Below, piece by piece: positions 28,610-38,318 of a DNA stretch of 63,399 nt (position 1 is its first letter; every line of letters begins with the position of its first letter). A model generated the notes under the pieces. It ran no database searches. It was given only the letters and a program-made list of their open reading frames with translations, and was not told the origin of the DNA. Source of the DNA: Acidimicrobiia bacterium (GTDB lineage Bacteria > Actinomycetota > Acidimicrobiia > Spongiisociales > JAHEDJ01); contig JARGFH010000015.1 in NCBI GenBank assembly GCA_029210695.1, forward strand, positions 1-63,399, written 5' to 3'. A program made the translations under genes and the position numbers.

Positions 28610-29224
28610 GTGTTGCGTTTCGACCACGTGATAAGGGCGGTTCCTGATCTCGATGCCGCGTCGAACCTGCTTCTGGCTGAGCAGGGGCTGGACTCTGTTG
28701 CCGGAGGGCGTCACTCCGGTCACGGCACGGCCAACCGGCTCGTGCCGCTGGGGCACGACTACCTCGAGTTGGTTGCGGTGGTGGATCCTCTCGAAGCGGC
28801 GGAGAGTCCGTTCGGACTCTGGGTCGGCGCCCATTCGTCGCCCGGCTCGTTGTCAGGGCTTTGCTTGCGCACGTGGGACATCGAGGCGGAGGGTCGGAGG
28901 CTCGATCTCGCCCCGGTGGCGATGTCCAGAACGCGGCCGGATGGTGGCGAGCTGAATTGGCGACTACTCGGCATGGATGTCGGGCTCGAAAAGGGCCTGC
29001 CCTTTTTCATCGAGTGGGACGTCGATCCACAGGACCATCCGGGCCGTCTGACGGCATCACATCGCGTCGGACCGAGACGTATCGCCTGGGTGGAGCTGGG
29101 CGGTGACGTTCGAAAGATCGAACGATGGCTTGGTCCGAACGATCTCAACCTTCGCATCGTCGATGGACCGCCGGGGGTGCATCGGGTGGGTCTGGCAACT
29201 GAATCCGGCGAGTTGATCTTCTGA
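28610..29224 (+). CDS. VOC / glyoxalase-like protein
   Basis: FDHVI...GGRH.G.GTANRLVPLG..YLEL and LPFFIEW; GTG start inferred. Confidence 0.85.
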   Translation: MLRFDHVIRAVPDLDAASNLLLAEQGLDSVAGGRHSGHGTANRLVPLGHDYLELVAVVDPLEAAESPFGLWVGAHSSPGSLSGLCLRTWDIEAEGRRLDLAPVAMSRTRPDGGELNWRLLGMDVGLEKGLPFFIEWDVDPQDHPGRLTASHRVGPRRIAWVELGGDVRKIERWLGPNDLNLRIVDGPPGVHRVGLATESGELIF

Positions 29225-29227
29225 GGT

Positions 29228-29335
29228 TTCTCGGCAATGCAGTGGCGCGTAGTGATCCCCAGCATTGCGGAGAAATCCCCCGATGTTTTCTCGGCAATGC
29301 AGTGGCGCGTGGTGATCCATAGCATTGCGGAGAAA
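29228..29335. repeat. REP-like palindrome doublet, 60-bp period
   Basis: TTCTCGGCAATGC...GCATTGCGGAGAA occurs twice. Confidence 0.85.
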
Positions 29336-29387
29336 GTGAGGATGGACGCCGGGCCGCCTACAGTGACGCGATATATGGAGGTGGGTT

Positions 29388-30464
29388 GTGAAGTGGGCGC
29401 GGCGAATCCTGGTTGGTTTGCTGGCGGTGGTCGTGGTGCTGGCGGCGGCCGTGTGGCTCACCACTTTTCATCCCCCGGCGGTCCGCGCGGAAACCGTCAC
29501 TTGCCCCGAGGGAACTCCTACCCTGCAACCGGGTCAGGATCTCCAAGTGATGTCCTGGAACGTCCAGTACATGGCGGGCAAGGGTTATGTCTTCTGGTAC
29601 GACCTCTTCGATGAGTCTGGACCCGATGAGCGACCGTCGGCGACCGCAATCACATCCACGTTCGAGGAAGTCGCCCGCGTCATCGCAGACGAGTCACCCG
29701 ATGTGATCTTGCTTCAGGAAGTCGATGACGGAGCCTCCCGTACTGACCAAGAAGATCAGTTGGCGAGACTGCTTGGAATGCTGCCCGATGACTATGCCTG
29801 CTCGGCCAGCGCGTTTTACTGGCAGGCGCGGTTCGTGCCGCATCCCCGGATCATGGGCTCGGCCGGGATGAAACTGTCGACCATCTCTCGGTACCGGATC
29901 GACGATGCGACCCGTCATCAGTTGCCGATCATGCCGTCCGACCCACTGACGAAGCAGTTCAACTTCCGGCGAGCGATCCTGGAAGTTCGTCTGCCTGTGG
30001 AGGGCGGCCCCGCCCTCGCCCTGCTGAACACCCACCTCGATGCTTTCGCGCAGGGTAGTGACACGATGCAGCAGCAGGTGGCTCTCGCCAAGGGATTGCT
30101 CGACGACCTCAGCGCGGCCGGGAACCCGTGGGTGATCGGCGGAGACTTCAACCTGCTTCCGCCCGGTCCTCAGTTCGAGAATCTGCCTCCCGATCAACGG
30201 GTCTATTACGAGGCCGACAGCGAATTGACGGTCCTGACCGACGACTATCCGTCGGTGCCGTCGTTGGACGAGGCGAACGGCGTCGACGCCGCCGCCTGGT
30301 ACACGCACTATCCCAACGACCCGGCGGTGGCAGGCCCGGATCGGACCATCGACTTCCTGTTCTTCGATCCCGCCCTCGGGTTGAAGGACCACGCCGTGCG
30401 CGCCGCCGATACGCTGTCGGTCTCGGACCATTTGCCCGTGGTCGCAACCTTCTCGCTTCCGTAG
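29388..30464 (+). CDS. Endonuclease/exonuclease/phosphatase family protein with an N-terminal anchor
   Basis: SWNV, LLQEVD, NTHL, GGDFN and SDHLP. Confidence 0.9.
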   Translation: MKWARRILVGLLAVVVVLAAAVWLTTFHPPAVRAETVTCPEGTPTLQPGQDLQVMSWNVQYMAGKGYVFWYDLFDESGPDERPSATAITSTFEEVARVIADESPDVILLQEVDDGASRTDQEDQLARLLGMLPDDYACSASAFYWQARFVPHPRIMGSAGMKLSTISRYRIDDATRHQLPIMPSDPLTKQFNFRRAILEVRLPVEGGPALALLNTHLDAFAQGSDTMQQQVALAKGLLDDLSAAGNPWVIGGDFNLLPPGPQFENLPPDQRVYYEADSELTVLTDDYPSVPSLDEANGVDAAAWYTHYPNDPAVAGPDRTIDFLFFDPALGLKDHAVRAADTLSVSDHLPVVATFSLP

Positions 30465-30526
30465 CCTCCTGCTCGGGTACCCGCGAAAGGTCGATTACCG
30501 CCGACCAGGCTCAGTCGACAGTTCCG

Positions 30527-30594
30527 TTGTGCACAGTCACCCGTCAACATGTGTGGGTAACCCTGTGGATGGAAGGCTGGAAACCTGTGGACAG
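30527..30594. promoter_or_regulatory. Cluster of four DnaA-box-like 9-mers
   Basis: TTGTGCACA (+), and TTACCCACA, CCATCCACA and CTGTCCACA (-), each 1-2 mismatches from TT(G/A)TCCACA. Confidence 0.4.
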
Positions 30595-30712
30595 CCTGAT
30601 GAAATGTCCGAGCAAGAAAGGGGGTTCACAAGAGTGCCGATGTATGTCATAGTGCGGTCTGAATGAGCGATGGAAACGTTTCCATCCTCGCCCCTGATGG
30701 AGGACACCCCCA

Positions 30713-31720
30713 ATGCCACCTGCTGAGAAGACGCGTCCTGCGCGTTCGAAAGCTGCCGATGCCCGTGCCAAGCGCGAACGCGACCGCGCCAGCAAGCTGA
30801 CAGACGAACGCGGCCGGTTGACGACCGACCTCGTCAGTCAGTACCTCACGGCCATCGGTGAGTATGACCTTCTCACCGCCGAGCAAGAGGTTGAACTCGC
30901 CCAGAAGATCGAAACGGGTGAGGACGCAACTGCCAAGCTCGAGAACGGTGAGTTCAAAGGCAAGAAGGAAGAACTCGAGCTGCGTCGCAAGTCCAGGAAG
31001 GGCAAGGAGGCGAAAGACGCCTTCCTCACTGCCAACCTCCGTCTCGTCGTAGCCAACGCCCGGCGATACGCAAACACATCGGGTATCGACTTCCTCGACC
31101 TGATCCAGGAAGGCAACCTCGGCCTTATTCGTGCGGTTGAGAAGTTCGACTGGCGCAAGGGCTTCAAGTTCTCTACGTACGCCACCTGGTGGATTCGCCA
31201 GGCGATCACCCGTGCCATCGCAGACAAGTCCAGGACCGTTCGTATCCCTGTGCATCTGCACGACACGCTGGCCGCCGTGCGCGCCGCCCAGGCGAGCCTC
31301 AAGGCCGAGTTGGGCCGCGACCCCAAGCCCGAGGAAATCGCTGAAGAGGCAGGCGTCACCGTCGACAAAGTCGAGTTGGCGCTCGGCGTGGCCGACACGG
31401 TTTCGCTCGAGCAACCGGTCGGTGAAGACGGCGCCCAACTCGGTGACTTCATCGAGGATGAGGACGCCGCCGACCCGGTGCAGATCACCGAAGAGATGGA
31501 CGTCGCCAACAGCCTGCGCCGTTCGATCGAGCGGTTGCCGGAACGCGAAGGGCGCATCCTTGCTCTCCGCTACGGCTTCTACGACGGCGTTCCCCGGACC
31601 CTCGAAGAGATCGGTGAGGAGTTCAACCTAACGCGCGAGCGGATCCGGCAACTCGAGAAGCTGGCGCTGTGCCGCCTCCGTCACCCGTCATTCGGGATCC
31701 GGGAGCAGGATCTCGTCTAA
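30713..31720 (+). CDS. RNA polymerase sigma70 factor, RpoD-like but lacking region 1.1 (group 2-like)
   Basis: [31 protein letters not shown] and TLEEIG...[16 protein letters not shown]. Confidence 0.95.
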   Translation: MPPAEKTRPARSKAADARAKRERDRASKLTDERGRLTTDLVSQYLTAIGEYDLLTAEQEVELAQKIETGEDATAKLENGEFKGKKEELELRRKSRKGKEAKDAFLTANLRLVVANARRYANTSGIDFLDLIQEGNLGLIRAVEKFDWRKGFKFSTYATWWIRQAITRAIADKSRTVRIPVHLHDTLAAVRAAQASLKAELGRDPKPEEIAEEAGVTVDKVELALGVADTVSLEQPVGEDGAQLGDFIEDEDAADPVQITEEMDVANSLRRSIERLPEREGRILALRYGFYDGVPRTLEEIGEEFNLTRERIRQLEKLALCRLRHPSFGIREQDLV

Positions 31721-31747
31721 TCGCGAGATACCGGTCGCGAGTCGAAT

Positions 31748-31771
31748 AGAGCGGGCCTACGGGCCCGCTCT
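31748..31771 (+). terminator. Hairpin terminator after the sigma factor
   Basis: AGAGCGGGCC-TACG-GGCCCGCTCT followed by TCT. Confidence 0.75.
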
Positions 31772-31852
31772 TCTGCGTGGGTCTCACCCTTGATCGGTCG
31801 CCGCATCGCGACCGCCACACGTCGCTAGCCTGAATTGCGAAGGAGGCACATT

Positions 31853-32242
31853 GTGCGACTGAGAGACCTGCTCTCGACGCCACCCGAGGTGTGCGGAGCC
31901 CACATCACGATTGCTCAGGCCGCCAAGGAGATGACATCGGCGGGTGTCGGGTCGATGGGCGTGCTGGACGAGGAGCGCTTCGTCGGCATCGTCACCGAGC
32001 GCGACGTGCTCGAGGCCGTTGCCCGCGGCTATGACGTCGACACGGAACCGGTCCGCTGCTGCATGACGTTCAATCCGGATGTCTTCTCGCCCGATACCGA
32101 GGTCTTTGCCGCCGCCGAGTACCTGCTCGAGATCGGCTACCGCCATCTCCCGGTGGTCGAGGATGAGCTGATCGGCATTTTGAGCATTCGTGATGTCCTC
32201 GCCGGAGTCGTCGATCCGGGTCGGATCATCGATGCCCCATGA
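31853..32242 (+). CDS. CBS domain protein
   Basis: VGIVTERDVL, GYRHLPVV and IGILSIRD; SD AAGGAGG. Confidence 0.9.
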   Translation: MRLRDLLSTPPEVCGAHITIAQAAKEMTSAGVGSMGVLDEERFVGIVTERDVLEAVARGYDVDTEPVRCCMTFNPDVFSPDTEVFAAAEYLLEIGYRHLPVVEDELIGILSIRDVLAGVVDPGRIIDAP

Positions 32243-32294
32243 ACACAACCCGGCGCGCGCCATCTAGGGTGACGGTTAATAGGGAGGTCGTGCT

Positions 32295-32672
32295 GTGAAA
32301 CTCCACGGACTCGTTGGTGGTCGCACAGAAGTGTGCGGACCGGAAACAACGTTGCGGGATGCTGCTGATGCCATGCTCGGAGCAGGTGTCGGTTCGATCG
32401 CGGTCATCGATGGACCTCGACTAACCGGGATCCTCACCGAGCGCGACCTTCTGCGGGCGGCTGCCGATGGGGTCGATCCGACCGATGAACTGGTGCGGGA
32501 CTGGATGACCGTGGACCCCGATGTCACTTCGCCGGAGAGCGAAGTCCGCGATGCTGCCAAATGGATGCTCGAGATCGGCTATCGGCATCTCCCGGTGATG
32601 GAGGACAACGAGCTCCTCGGCATCGTGTCGATCAAGGACCTGCTCTGGGTGCTTCTGTCTGACAACGACTGA
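32295..32672 (+). CDS. CBS domain protein (tandem paralog)
   Basis: GILTERDLL, GYRHLPVM and LGIVSIKD; SD GGGAGG. Confidence 0.9.
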   Translation: MKLHGLVGGRTEVCGPETTLRDAADAMLGAGVGSIAVIDGPRLTGILTERDLLRAAADGVDPTDELVRDWMTVDPDVTSPESEVRDAAKWMLEIGYRHLPVMEDNELLGIVSIKDLLWVLLSDND

Positions 32673-32901
32673 CAGCCGAGTAGGTTCCGAACGTCAGGAG
32701 GTTCTGAGTTCTAGGTTTTGGGTTTTGCTGCTGCCGGCTGCCCTCCCCTTCGACTTCCGGTGGGCTAGTTCCGGCACAATGAAACGGCACCGGAGCTGTC
32801 ACCCGATTCATGGGCGCTCATAGAACCCAGAACCTATGACCGAGAACCTCTTTCGACGTGCTACCAGCTACCTGCAACCTGCTACCTGGAACCTTCTTGG
32901 C

Positions 32902-35283
32902 TCATTCCACCGGGATCCAGACCACCGCCACCTCATCGACGCTGATATCTGTCTTTTCGAGTCCGATCTCGACCGTCTCGATTTCCGATGCGATGGCATC
33001 CCATTTCTCGGTGATCTCCAGCACATCCGTGGCTAGGTCGTCTTCGATGGCATTGAGTTCGGCGTGCTGGTCGCCCATCTTCTGTTCGGCCGTTCGCAGG
33101 CGCTCCTGTGTACTGGAGGTTGATGACCGGCGCCGGGCGGCGCGGCCGAGGCCGCCGGAGCGGCGCCGGCCTCCGAGGAACACCGAGAGCAGGTCGCCCG
33201 CTCCCGAGAGCAACTCGCTCTGGCGCTTGCCTTCGACGTCGGTTTCGAGTTCACGCACCCGGCGTTCGGTGGCGACGAGTTGATCTTTGACTCGTTTGAT
33301 CTTGACCTCGTAGCGGTCCTTGAGTTTGGCGATGTCCGCGTCGGCGGCGTCCTCGGCCGCCGCCCCGCATCGCTCGGAGAACTCATCCGTCGTCTCGCCC
33401 ACCCTTGAATAGAGCTTCAACCCCGGGTTCTTGAAGATCTCTACGCTCCGATTTCGCAGGAGGTGGTTCTTCAGGTCCGTCGACACGGACGTGAAGTACG
33501 AGGCCGAGTCGAGTGGAGCGTCCGGCAGCACGTACGTGGCGTCATCCGTCCGCTCGGAGCGGAGGTCCCGGTCGTCGTAGTCGACTGCTCTGGCAGTGCC
33601 GGCATCGAAGCTCTTGCCGAGGGGAAAGAACACTGCTTCCCACTCCTCGTCGTGGTCGATTGCGGCGTATTGGTCGTCGTAGGTGAGATGCACCCGAGCA
33701 ACGATTCCGGCCTCGTAACGGCGACCCGTGGACGACGCGCCGACCTCGTTTGCCCAGGGAGCGGCGGGATCGAGGTGGTAGACGGAGATCTTCGGTGCGA
33801 TCTCAGGGATCACGACCGTGGCGTCCTCGCCTACCACGGGTGCAGCCGTTTCGCCTATTGGTGCAGTGGCCGGCGCTTCGTAGGCAGGGGCGTCCTTCAT
33901 GAGTTCGGCGACCTGGTCTCTGGTCAGAGGCCCGGCCAGGTACGACATTGCCCATCTGGTCGTGAACACGGAGGGGGCCTTGGAGCGCGTGCTGTGGAGC
34001 ACGAACTCCCGTTTCCCGAGATCGGAGATCAGCCTGTCGAACATCGGGACGTCGACCTCGCCGGAGGCAGACTTCAGAGCTTCAACGATGCGCGCCTTGT
34101 CCCGTTCTGTCTGAAGGCGGCCGATCATCCAGGTCCCTGCGTTCGACATCGCCTTGTAGTCGAGGTCCACCGGGTTCTGGGTGGAGAGCAACATCCCGAC
34201 GCCGAATGCTCTGGCTTGTTTGAGGATGGTCAGGATGGGCTTCTTCGAGGGCGGTTCGGCGGTCGGGGGAGCGAAGCCGAACACTTCGTCCATGTAGATC
34301 AGAGCCCGCAGATCCGAGGTCCCAGCTTGCGTGCGCATCCAGGTGACGACCTTCGAGAGCAGCAAGGTGACGACGAATTGGCGCTCGGCATCGGACAGGT
34401 GGGCGAGGTAGAGCACCGAGGCTTTCGGGCGCCCGTCCGGTTCATACAGCAGCGTTTGCACATCGAGCGGAGGGCCTTCGAGCCACGAGGCGAACGACGG
34501 CGAGGCCACCAGGCCGTTGAGGCGCATGGCGAGCTTCGTACGCTCCTTCTTCGGGAAGAACGTGTCGAGGTCGAAGACGCCCAGCTTGCGAATGGGCGGT
34601 TCCTGGACCTGACCGATCAAAGTGGCCAGGTCGAGGCTGCGGCCCTCCCGCCACGCCTTTTCGATGATGTTGGCGAGCAAGATGTGCTCGGGACTGGAGA
34701 TCGGATCGGCGACGATTCCGGCCAGCACCAGGAGGCTGGAGACGAAGCCCTCGATCTCGTCGCGGCCGGTCTCGGCGTCGGAGTCCCAGTCGATGGCGGG
34801 GGCGGCCAGCGAGCCGATGATGTTGAGCGGGATGCCGCTCGTCGATCCCGGGGTATAGATGGTGAACCCGGCGCCGGTGCCGAGGGCGGTCATGCGATCC
34901 GGGCCGATGTCCCACGAACCCAGGCCGTTCTTCCAGAGATCGGCGGTCTGGGTCGCCAGTACCTCGGGGGTGACCTCCTTGCGTCTGGCTTCGCCCTCAT
35001 CGATCCACGGACGGAAGTCCGAGGGTTGAAAGAGCGGGAAGTTGAGCAACAGGTTCCCCATGTCGCCCTTCGGGTCGATGATCAACGCCGGGATACCCGA
35101 AAGCAGCGCCTCCTCGAGTGCCACGATGCCCAGGCCGGTCTTGCCGGACCCGGTCATGCCGACGATGACCCCGTGGGTCGTCAATTGGTGTGCCTCGTAG
35201 AGGACCTGCCCGTCATCGCGCTCACCCGTTTCGGGATCGAGCGTCCCTCCCAGGAACAGTTCTCCTCTGGCGACCTCAACCAC
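32902..35283 (-). CDS. HerA-like (DUF87/DUF853) P-loop ATPase with a C-terminal coiled coil
   Basis: HGVIVGMTGSGKT, IDPKGD, IYMDE, KQARAFG and TQNPVD. Confidence 0.88.
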   Translation of the reverse strand: MVEVARGELFLGGTLDPETGERDDGQVLYEAHQLTTHGVIVGMTGSGKTGLGIVALEEALLSGIPALIIDPKGDMGNLLLNFPLFQPSDFRPWIDEGEARRKEVTPEVLATQTADLWKNGLGSWDIGPDRMTALGTGAGFTIYTPGSTSGIPLNIIGSLAAPAIDWDSDAETGRDEIEGFVSSLLVLAGIVADPISSPEHILLANIIEKAWREGRSLDLATLIGQVQEPPIRKLGVFDLDTFFPKKERTKLAMRLNGLVASPSFASWLEGPPLDVQTLLYEPDGRPKASVLYLAHLSDAERQFVVTLLLSKVVTWMRTQAGTSDLRALIYMDEVFGFAPPTAEPPSKKPILTILKQARAFGVGMLLSTQNPVDLDYKAMSNAGTWMIGRLQTERDKARIVEALKSASGEVDVPMFDRLISDLGKREFVLHSTRSKAPSVFTTRWAMSYLAGPLTRDQVAELMKDAPAYEAPATAPIGETAAPVVGEDATVVIPEIAPKISVYHLDPAAPWANEVGASSTGRRYEAGIVARVHLTYDDQYAAIDHDEEWEAVFFPLGKSFDAGTARAVDYDDRDLRSERTDDATYVLPDAPLDSASYFTSVSTDLKNHLLRNRSVEIFKNPGLKLYSRVGETTDEFSERCGAAAEDAADADIAKLKDRYEVKIKRVKDQLVATERRVRELETDVEGKRQSELLSGAGDLLSVFLGGRRRSGGLGRAARRRSSTSSTQERLRTAEQKMGDQHAELNAIEDDLATDVLEITEKWDAIASEIETVEIGLEKTDISVDEVAVVWIPVE

Positions 35284-35373
35284 ACCGGCTCCTCACTTGG
35301 TTCCGGGTGATTGTATCCGGACGCGAAGAGGCGGCCCGGGTGGGCCGCCTCGACGCCGTTCAGCGCGGGAGGG

Positions 35374-35862
35374 TTACGGGGCAACGACCGTGGTCTGGGA
35401 GGTGTCTGACAGTTCTCCGTCTGAAACGACGAGGGTGACCTCGTACGTGTCCGCCGGTGGGGCGTTGATGTACCAGAACGCTTCGCTGGAGCTGTATGTG
35501 TTCGATGTCCCCACCACGGTCCAGGCGAATGTGAGTGGATCGCCTTCATCGTCGAAGGAGTCGGTCCCATCAAGAACCATGTCACATGAGAAAGCTCCAC
35601 AGTCAATGGGTGCGATCACCGCGACGGGTGGAGTGTTGACGGGTGGGAGCGAATCGCGTTCCAGACAAGCACCCACTATGTCGCCATGGTTGGCATGCCC
35701 CTTCAGTGCCTTCTCGGCGATCACGATTTCGTGCGGATCTCCGCCGCCGTCCGGGAAATGACACACCTGCACCTTGTTAGTGCCTCCGGCTGCCGCCCCG
35801 GCGATGAGCGGCAGTGCTACCAATCCCGAGATGATCATTCCTACAACTGCGATTCGTCGCAT
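35374..35862 (-). CDS. Secreted protein with a Cys/His module and a PKD-like domain
   Basis: Signal peptide; VCH...H..HGD.VGAC; NTPPVA...LDGTDSFD...LTFAW...YEVTLVVSDG. Confidence 0.8.
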   Translation of the reverse strand: MRRIAVVGMIISGLVALPLIAGAAAGGTNKVQVCHFPDGGGDPHEIVIAEKALKGHANHGDIVGACLERDSLPPVNTPPVAVIAPIDCGAFSCDMVLDGTDSFDDEGDPLTFAWTVVGTSNTYSSSEAFWYINAPPADTYEVTLVVSDGELSDTSQTTVVAP

Positions 35863-35946
35863 CGTGAGCTCCCTCTACCAGCCAGCAAGGTGTTACTTCT
35901 ACTGACGTTTCGGGATCTGGAGAAAAACCTTTAGCGCGCCCGGCGA

Positions 35947-37077
35947 TCAGCCGATATGGGCCGCCTTCAGCGCCTCTTCGAGGCGGTTGAGGTCGTCGGC
36001 GTTGTTGTAGAAATGCGGTCCAACCCGCACGCCGGCGCCGGGTCGACCGTCGACGATCACCCCGCGCTCGATCAGTCGGGCGACTACTCGCTGCTCGTCA
36101 TCGACTCCCAGAGTGACCGTCCCGCCGCGCAGATCCGGATCGCGCGGGGTCCGGATGGGGATGTCGAGGCGGTCGGCCATGTCGATCACCTGCTGGGTCA
36201 TGATCAGCGACGAGGCCCTGATCGCCTCCATCCCGACCTCCCGCACGATCCGGTAACCGGCGCGCGCCGCGTACCAGGCGGGGACGTTCGGCGTTCCAGA
36301 TAGGAAGCGCCAGATACCCTCGGCATAGGTGATACCGCCCGGGTGGAAGGCGAACGGGTCGGCGTCCGCCTGCCAGCCGACCAGGCCGGGCCGCAGCACC
36401 GCATGGAGATCCGGCCGCACATACAGCCATCCTGCACCCGGCCCTCCGCACAACCACTTCACCGATCCCCCCACCGCGAAGTCGACGTTGAGGTCGGTCA
36501 GGGAGAAGGGGAGGGTCCCGGCCGACTGGTAGCAATCCAGGACCACCATCGCTCCCATCTCATGGGCGCGTTCGGTGATGGCCGCGATGTCCTGCACGTA
36601 GGCGCTCTTGAAGAGGACGTGGCTGAGTGCGACGACTGCGGTGCGGTCGTCGATGGCATCCAGGAACGTCTCGGTGGGAACCGTGATCCCATCCCAACTT
36701 CTCACTTGTTTGATCTCCGCACCGGGGACGTTGTGCCAGAGGTACATGACCGAGGGGAAGTTCAGCTCGGAGAAGACGACACGGTTGCGGGACTCGTGGA
36801 GACGGAAGCAGGAGGCGACGACCGCCTCGGCCACCGTCACGTTTTGCATCATGGCAATCGATCCGGCCGGAGCTCCGACGATCGGAGCGATCTCGTCGCC
36901 GATCGTAACCGAGGTCTCCCACCACCCCTCACTCCACGCCTGCACGCCTCTGGTCGCCCACTCGAGGGCGTAGCGCGCCAGTTCTTCGGAGGCATCATCC
37001 GGCATGGCACCCAGCGAATGGCTCACGAGGTAGGCATAGTCATCGAGAATCGGGAAACGGTCGCGGAGCATGGCCAT
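35947..37077 (-). CDS. Kynureninase-like class V PLP enzyme
   Basis: YLVSHSLGAMP, NFPS, DCYQSAG and SVKWLCGGPG. Confidence 0.85.
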   Translation of the reverse strand: MAMLRDRFPILDDYAYLVSHSLGAMPDDASEELARYALEWATRGVQAWSEGWWETSVTIGDEIAPIVGAPAGSIAMMQNVTVAEAVVASCFRLHESRNRVVFSELNFPSVMYLWHNVPGAEIKQVRSWDGITVPTETFLDAIDDRTAVVALSHVLFKSAYVQDIAAITERAHEMGAMVVLDCYQSAGTLPFSLTDLNVDFAVGGSVKWLCGGPGAGWLYVRPDLHAVLRPGLVGWQADADPFAFHPGGITYAEGIWRFLSGTPNVPAWYAARAGYRIVREVGMEAIRASSLIMTQQVIDMADRLDIPIRTPRDPDLRGGTVTLGVDDEQRVVARLIERGVIVDGRPGAGVRVGPHFYNNADDLNRLEEALKAAHIG

Positions 37078-37129
37078 GGCGTGATTGTACGGCGATCGAT
37101 TCCTACCGGTCGATCGGCGCCTGCCGGCC

Positions 37130-37996
37130 CTACGCGAAAGGCGCGATGTACCGCGCGGTCGGAAAGCTGCCGTCAACGACATCGATCGCCCAGATGGAGC
37201 CTTTGGCGGATTGGAGGTCGTGTTCGAGCGTTGTACCGCCTGCACGCAGGCGCTCGAGAATGGCCGGGACGATGTCGCCGTGTGTACACAGGGCCGACGG
37301 TGTATTCCCGATCTTGCTCAGGAGCTTCTCGAGTTGTTTCGTTCCTGCCCCTTCGAGAAGGGCGCGATGCCTCTCGATAGTGATGTTGAGCAGTTTGGAG
37401 GCCGGCTCGAGGGTCTGCCGGCAGCGGGTATAGCTACTGGTGAGCAGACGCGACACCTGGGTATCGGCCAGAAACGTGCCGATCTCCTGCGCTTGTTCCC
37501 ACCCCAGGTTGCTCAGCGGGCGCTTCATATCATCGCCCTTCCAATCCTTGCGCCGTCCTGCGGTAGCGTGCCGGATGAGGTAGATCCGCCCGGTCAGCTG
37601 CCACCAGTTGTCCTGAAGCGAGGCGATCAGATCGCGGTCGTGTTCGTAGGTGAGGATTCGACCCGCCGCCGCCGGATTCGCCCACACGATCTCATCGACC
37701 TCGTTGTTGGGAGCGAAGCCCCCATCGATCGCCTGCATCGACCAGTAGTGCACCCGTTTGGTGCTCCCGTTGCTGAGCCCGTATCGCATCGTGCCGATCG
37801 GGACTCCGGGTCGGCAGACCATGCCGGTCTCCTCACGAACCTCCCGGAGAGCCGCCTCGAGGTCGGACTCGCCCGGGTCGAGCTTTCCCTTGGGAAGCGT
37901 CCAGTCGCCGTAGCGATCACGGTGTATCAATAGGATTTCCAGGTCGTCGCCGGCGAACCGCCAGACGACGCCCCCCGAGGCCAGGATTTCTGCCAC
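37130..37996 (-). CDS. NUDIX hydrolase fused to a histidine phosphatase (MutT1-like)
   Basis: PKGKLDPGE....AALREVREETG Nudix box; RHATAG and CTHG. Confidence 0.88.
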   Translation of the reverse strand: MAEILASGGVVWRFAGDDLEILLIHRDRYGDWTLPKGKLDPGESDLEAALREVREETGMVCRPGVPIGTMRYGLSNGSTKRVHYWSMQAIDGGFAPNNEVDEIVWANPAAAGRILTYEHDRDLIASLQDNWWQLTGRIYLIRHATAGRRKDWKGDDMKRPLSNLGWEQAQEIGTFLADTQVSRLLTSSYTRCRQTLEPASKLLNITIERHRALLEGAGTKQLEKLLSKIGNTPSALCTHGDIVPAILERLRAGGTTLEHDLQSAKGSIWAIDVVDGSFPTARYIAPFA

Positions 37997-38001
37997 CGGT
38001 G

Positions 38002-38277
38002 TCAGGCTCGGGGTCGGACCGACGGCCGCCGGATGAGGCTGGGCGGTCGAAGTGGGTCGGGGGCGTCTCGCAGGTCGATCGAAACGCTGCCGCACGCTGT
38101 GCATGAGCTTCGGTGAATCCCGGCTCCGATTGGGATCGACTTCCCGTAGCGATGGTGCCCTCTGCGGCAGGCGCGCTGTTGAGCCCTGAGCAGATGGTCG
38201 AAGAAGGTGCGCGCCCTATGCCGGCCTGCCGGATTCCGGCCGGGACTCTTACTTGGAGTCGTCTTTGTGTTCGTCAT
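38002..38277 (-). CDS. Small putative Zn-binding protein
   Basis: C-x2-GHH...C-x2-C pattern; fills the gap between co-oriented genes. Confidence 0.55.
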   Translation of the reverse strand: MTNTKTTPSKSPGRNPAGRHRARTFFDHLLRAQQRACRRGHHRYGKSIPIGAGIHRSSCTACGSVSIDLRDAPDPLRPPSLIRRPSVRPRA

Positions 38278-38318
38278 GCGTTGGCGATCATGCAGGCTAC
38301 TTCGCTACATCCTTGATT

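Noticed and set aside
30465..30712. Replication origin
   Set aside because: No dnaA/dnaN context or AT-rich unwinding element; kept only as a DnaA-box-like cluster.
30647..31438. Long antisense ORFs (for example 30647-31438, 33463-35310, 42930-44291, 54742-56250)
   Set aside because: They are shadow ORFs opposite well-supported genes, as expected from high-GC codon bias.
32902..35283. HerA-like ATPase as an anti-phage system (Sir2-HerA, NurA-HerA)
   Set aside because: No adjacent nuclease or sirtuin partner; it looks like the widespread stand-alone DUF87/DUF853 type.
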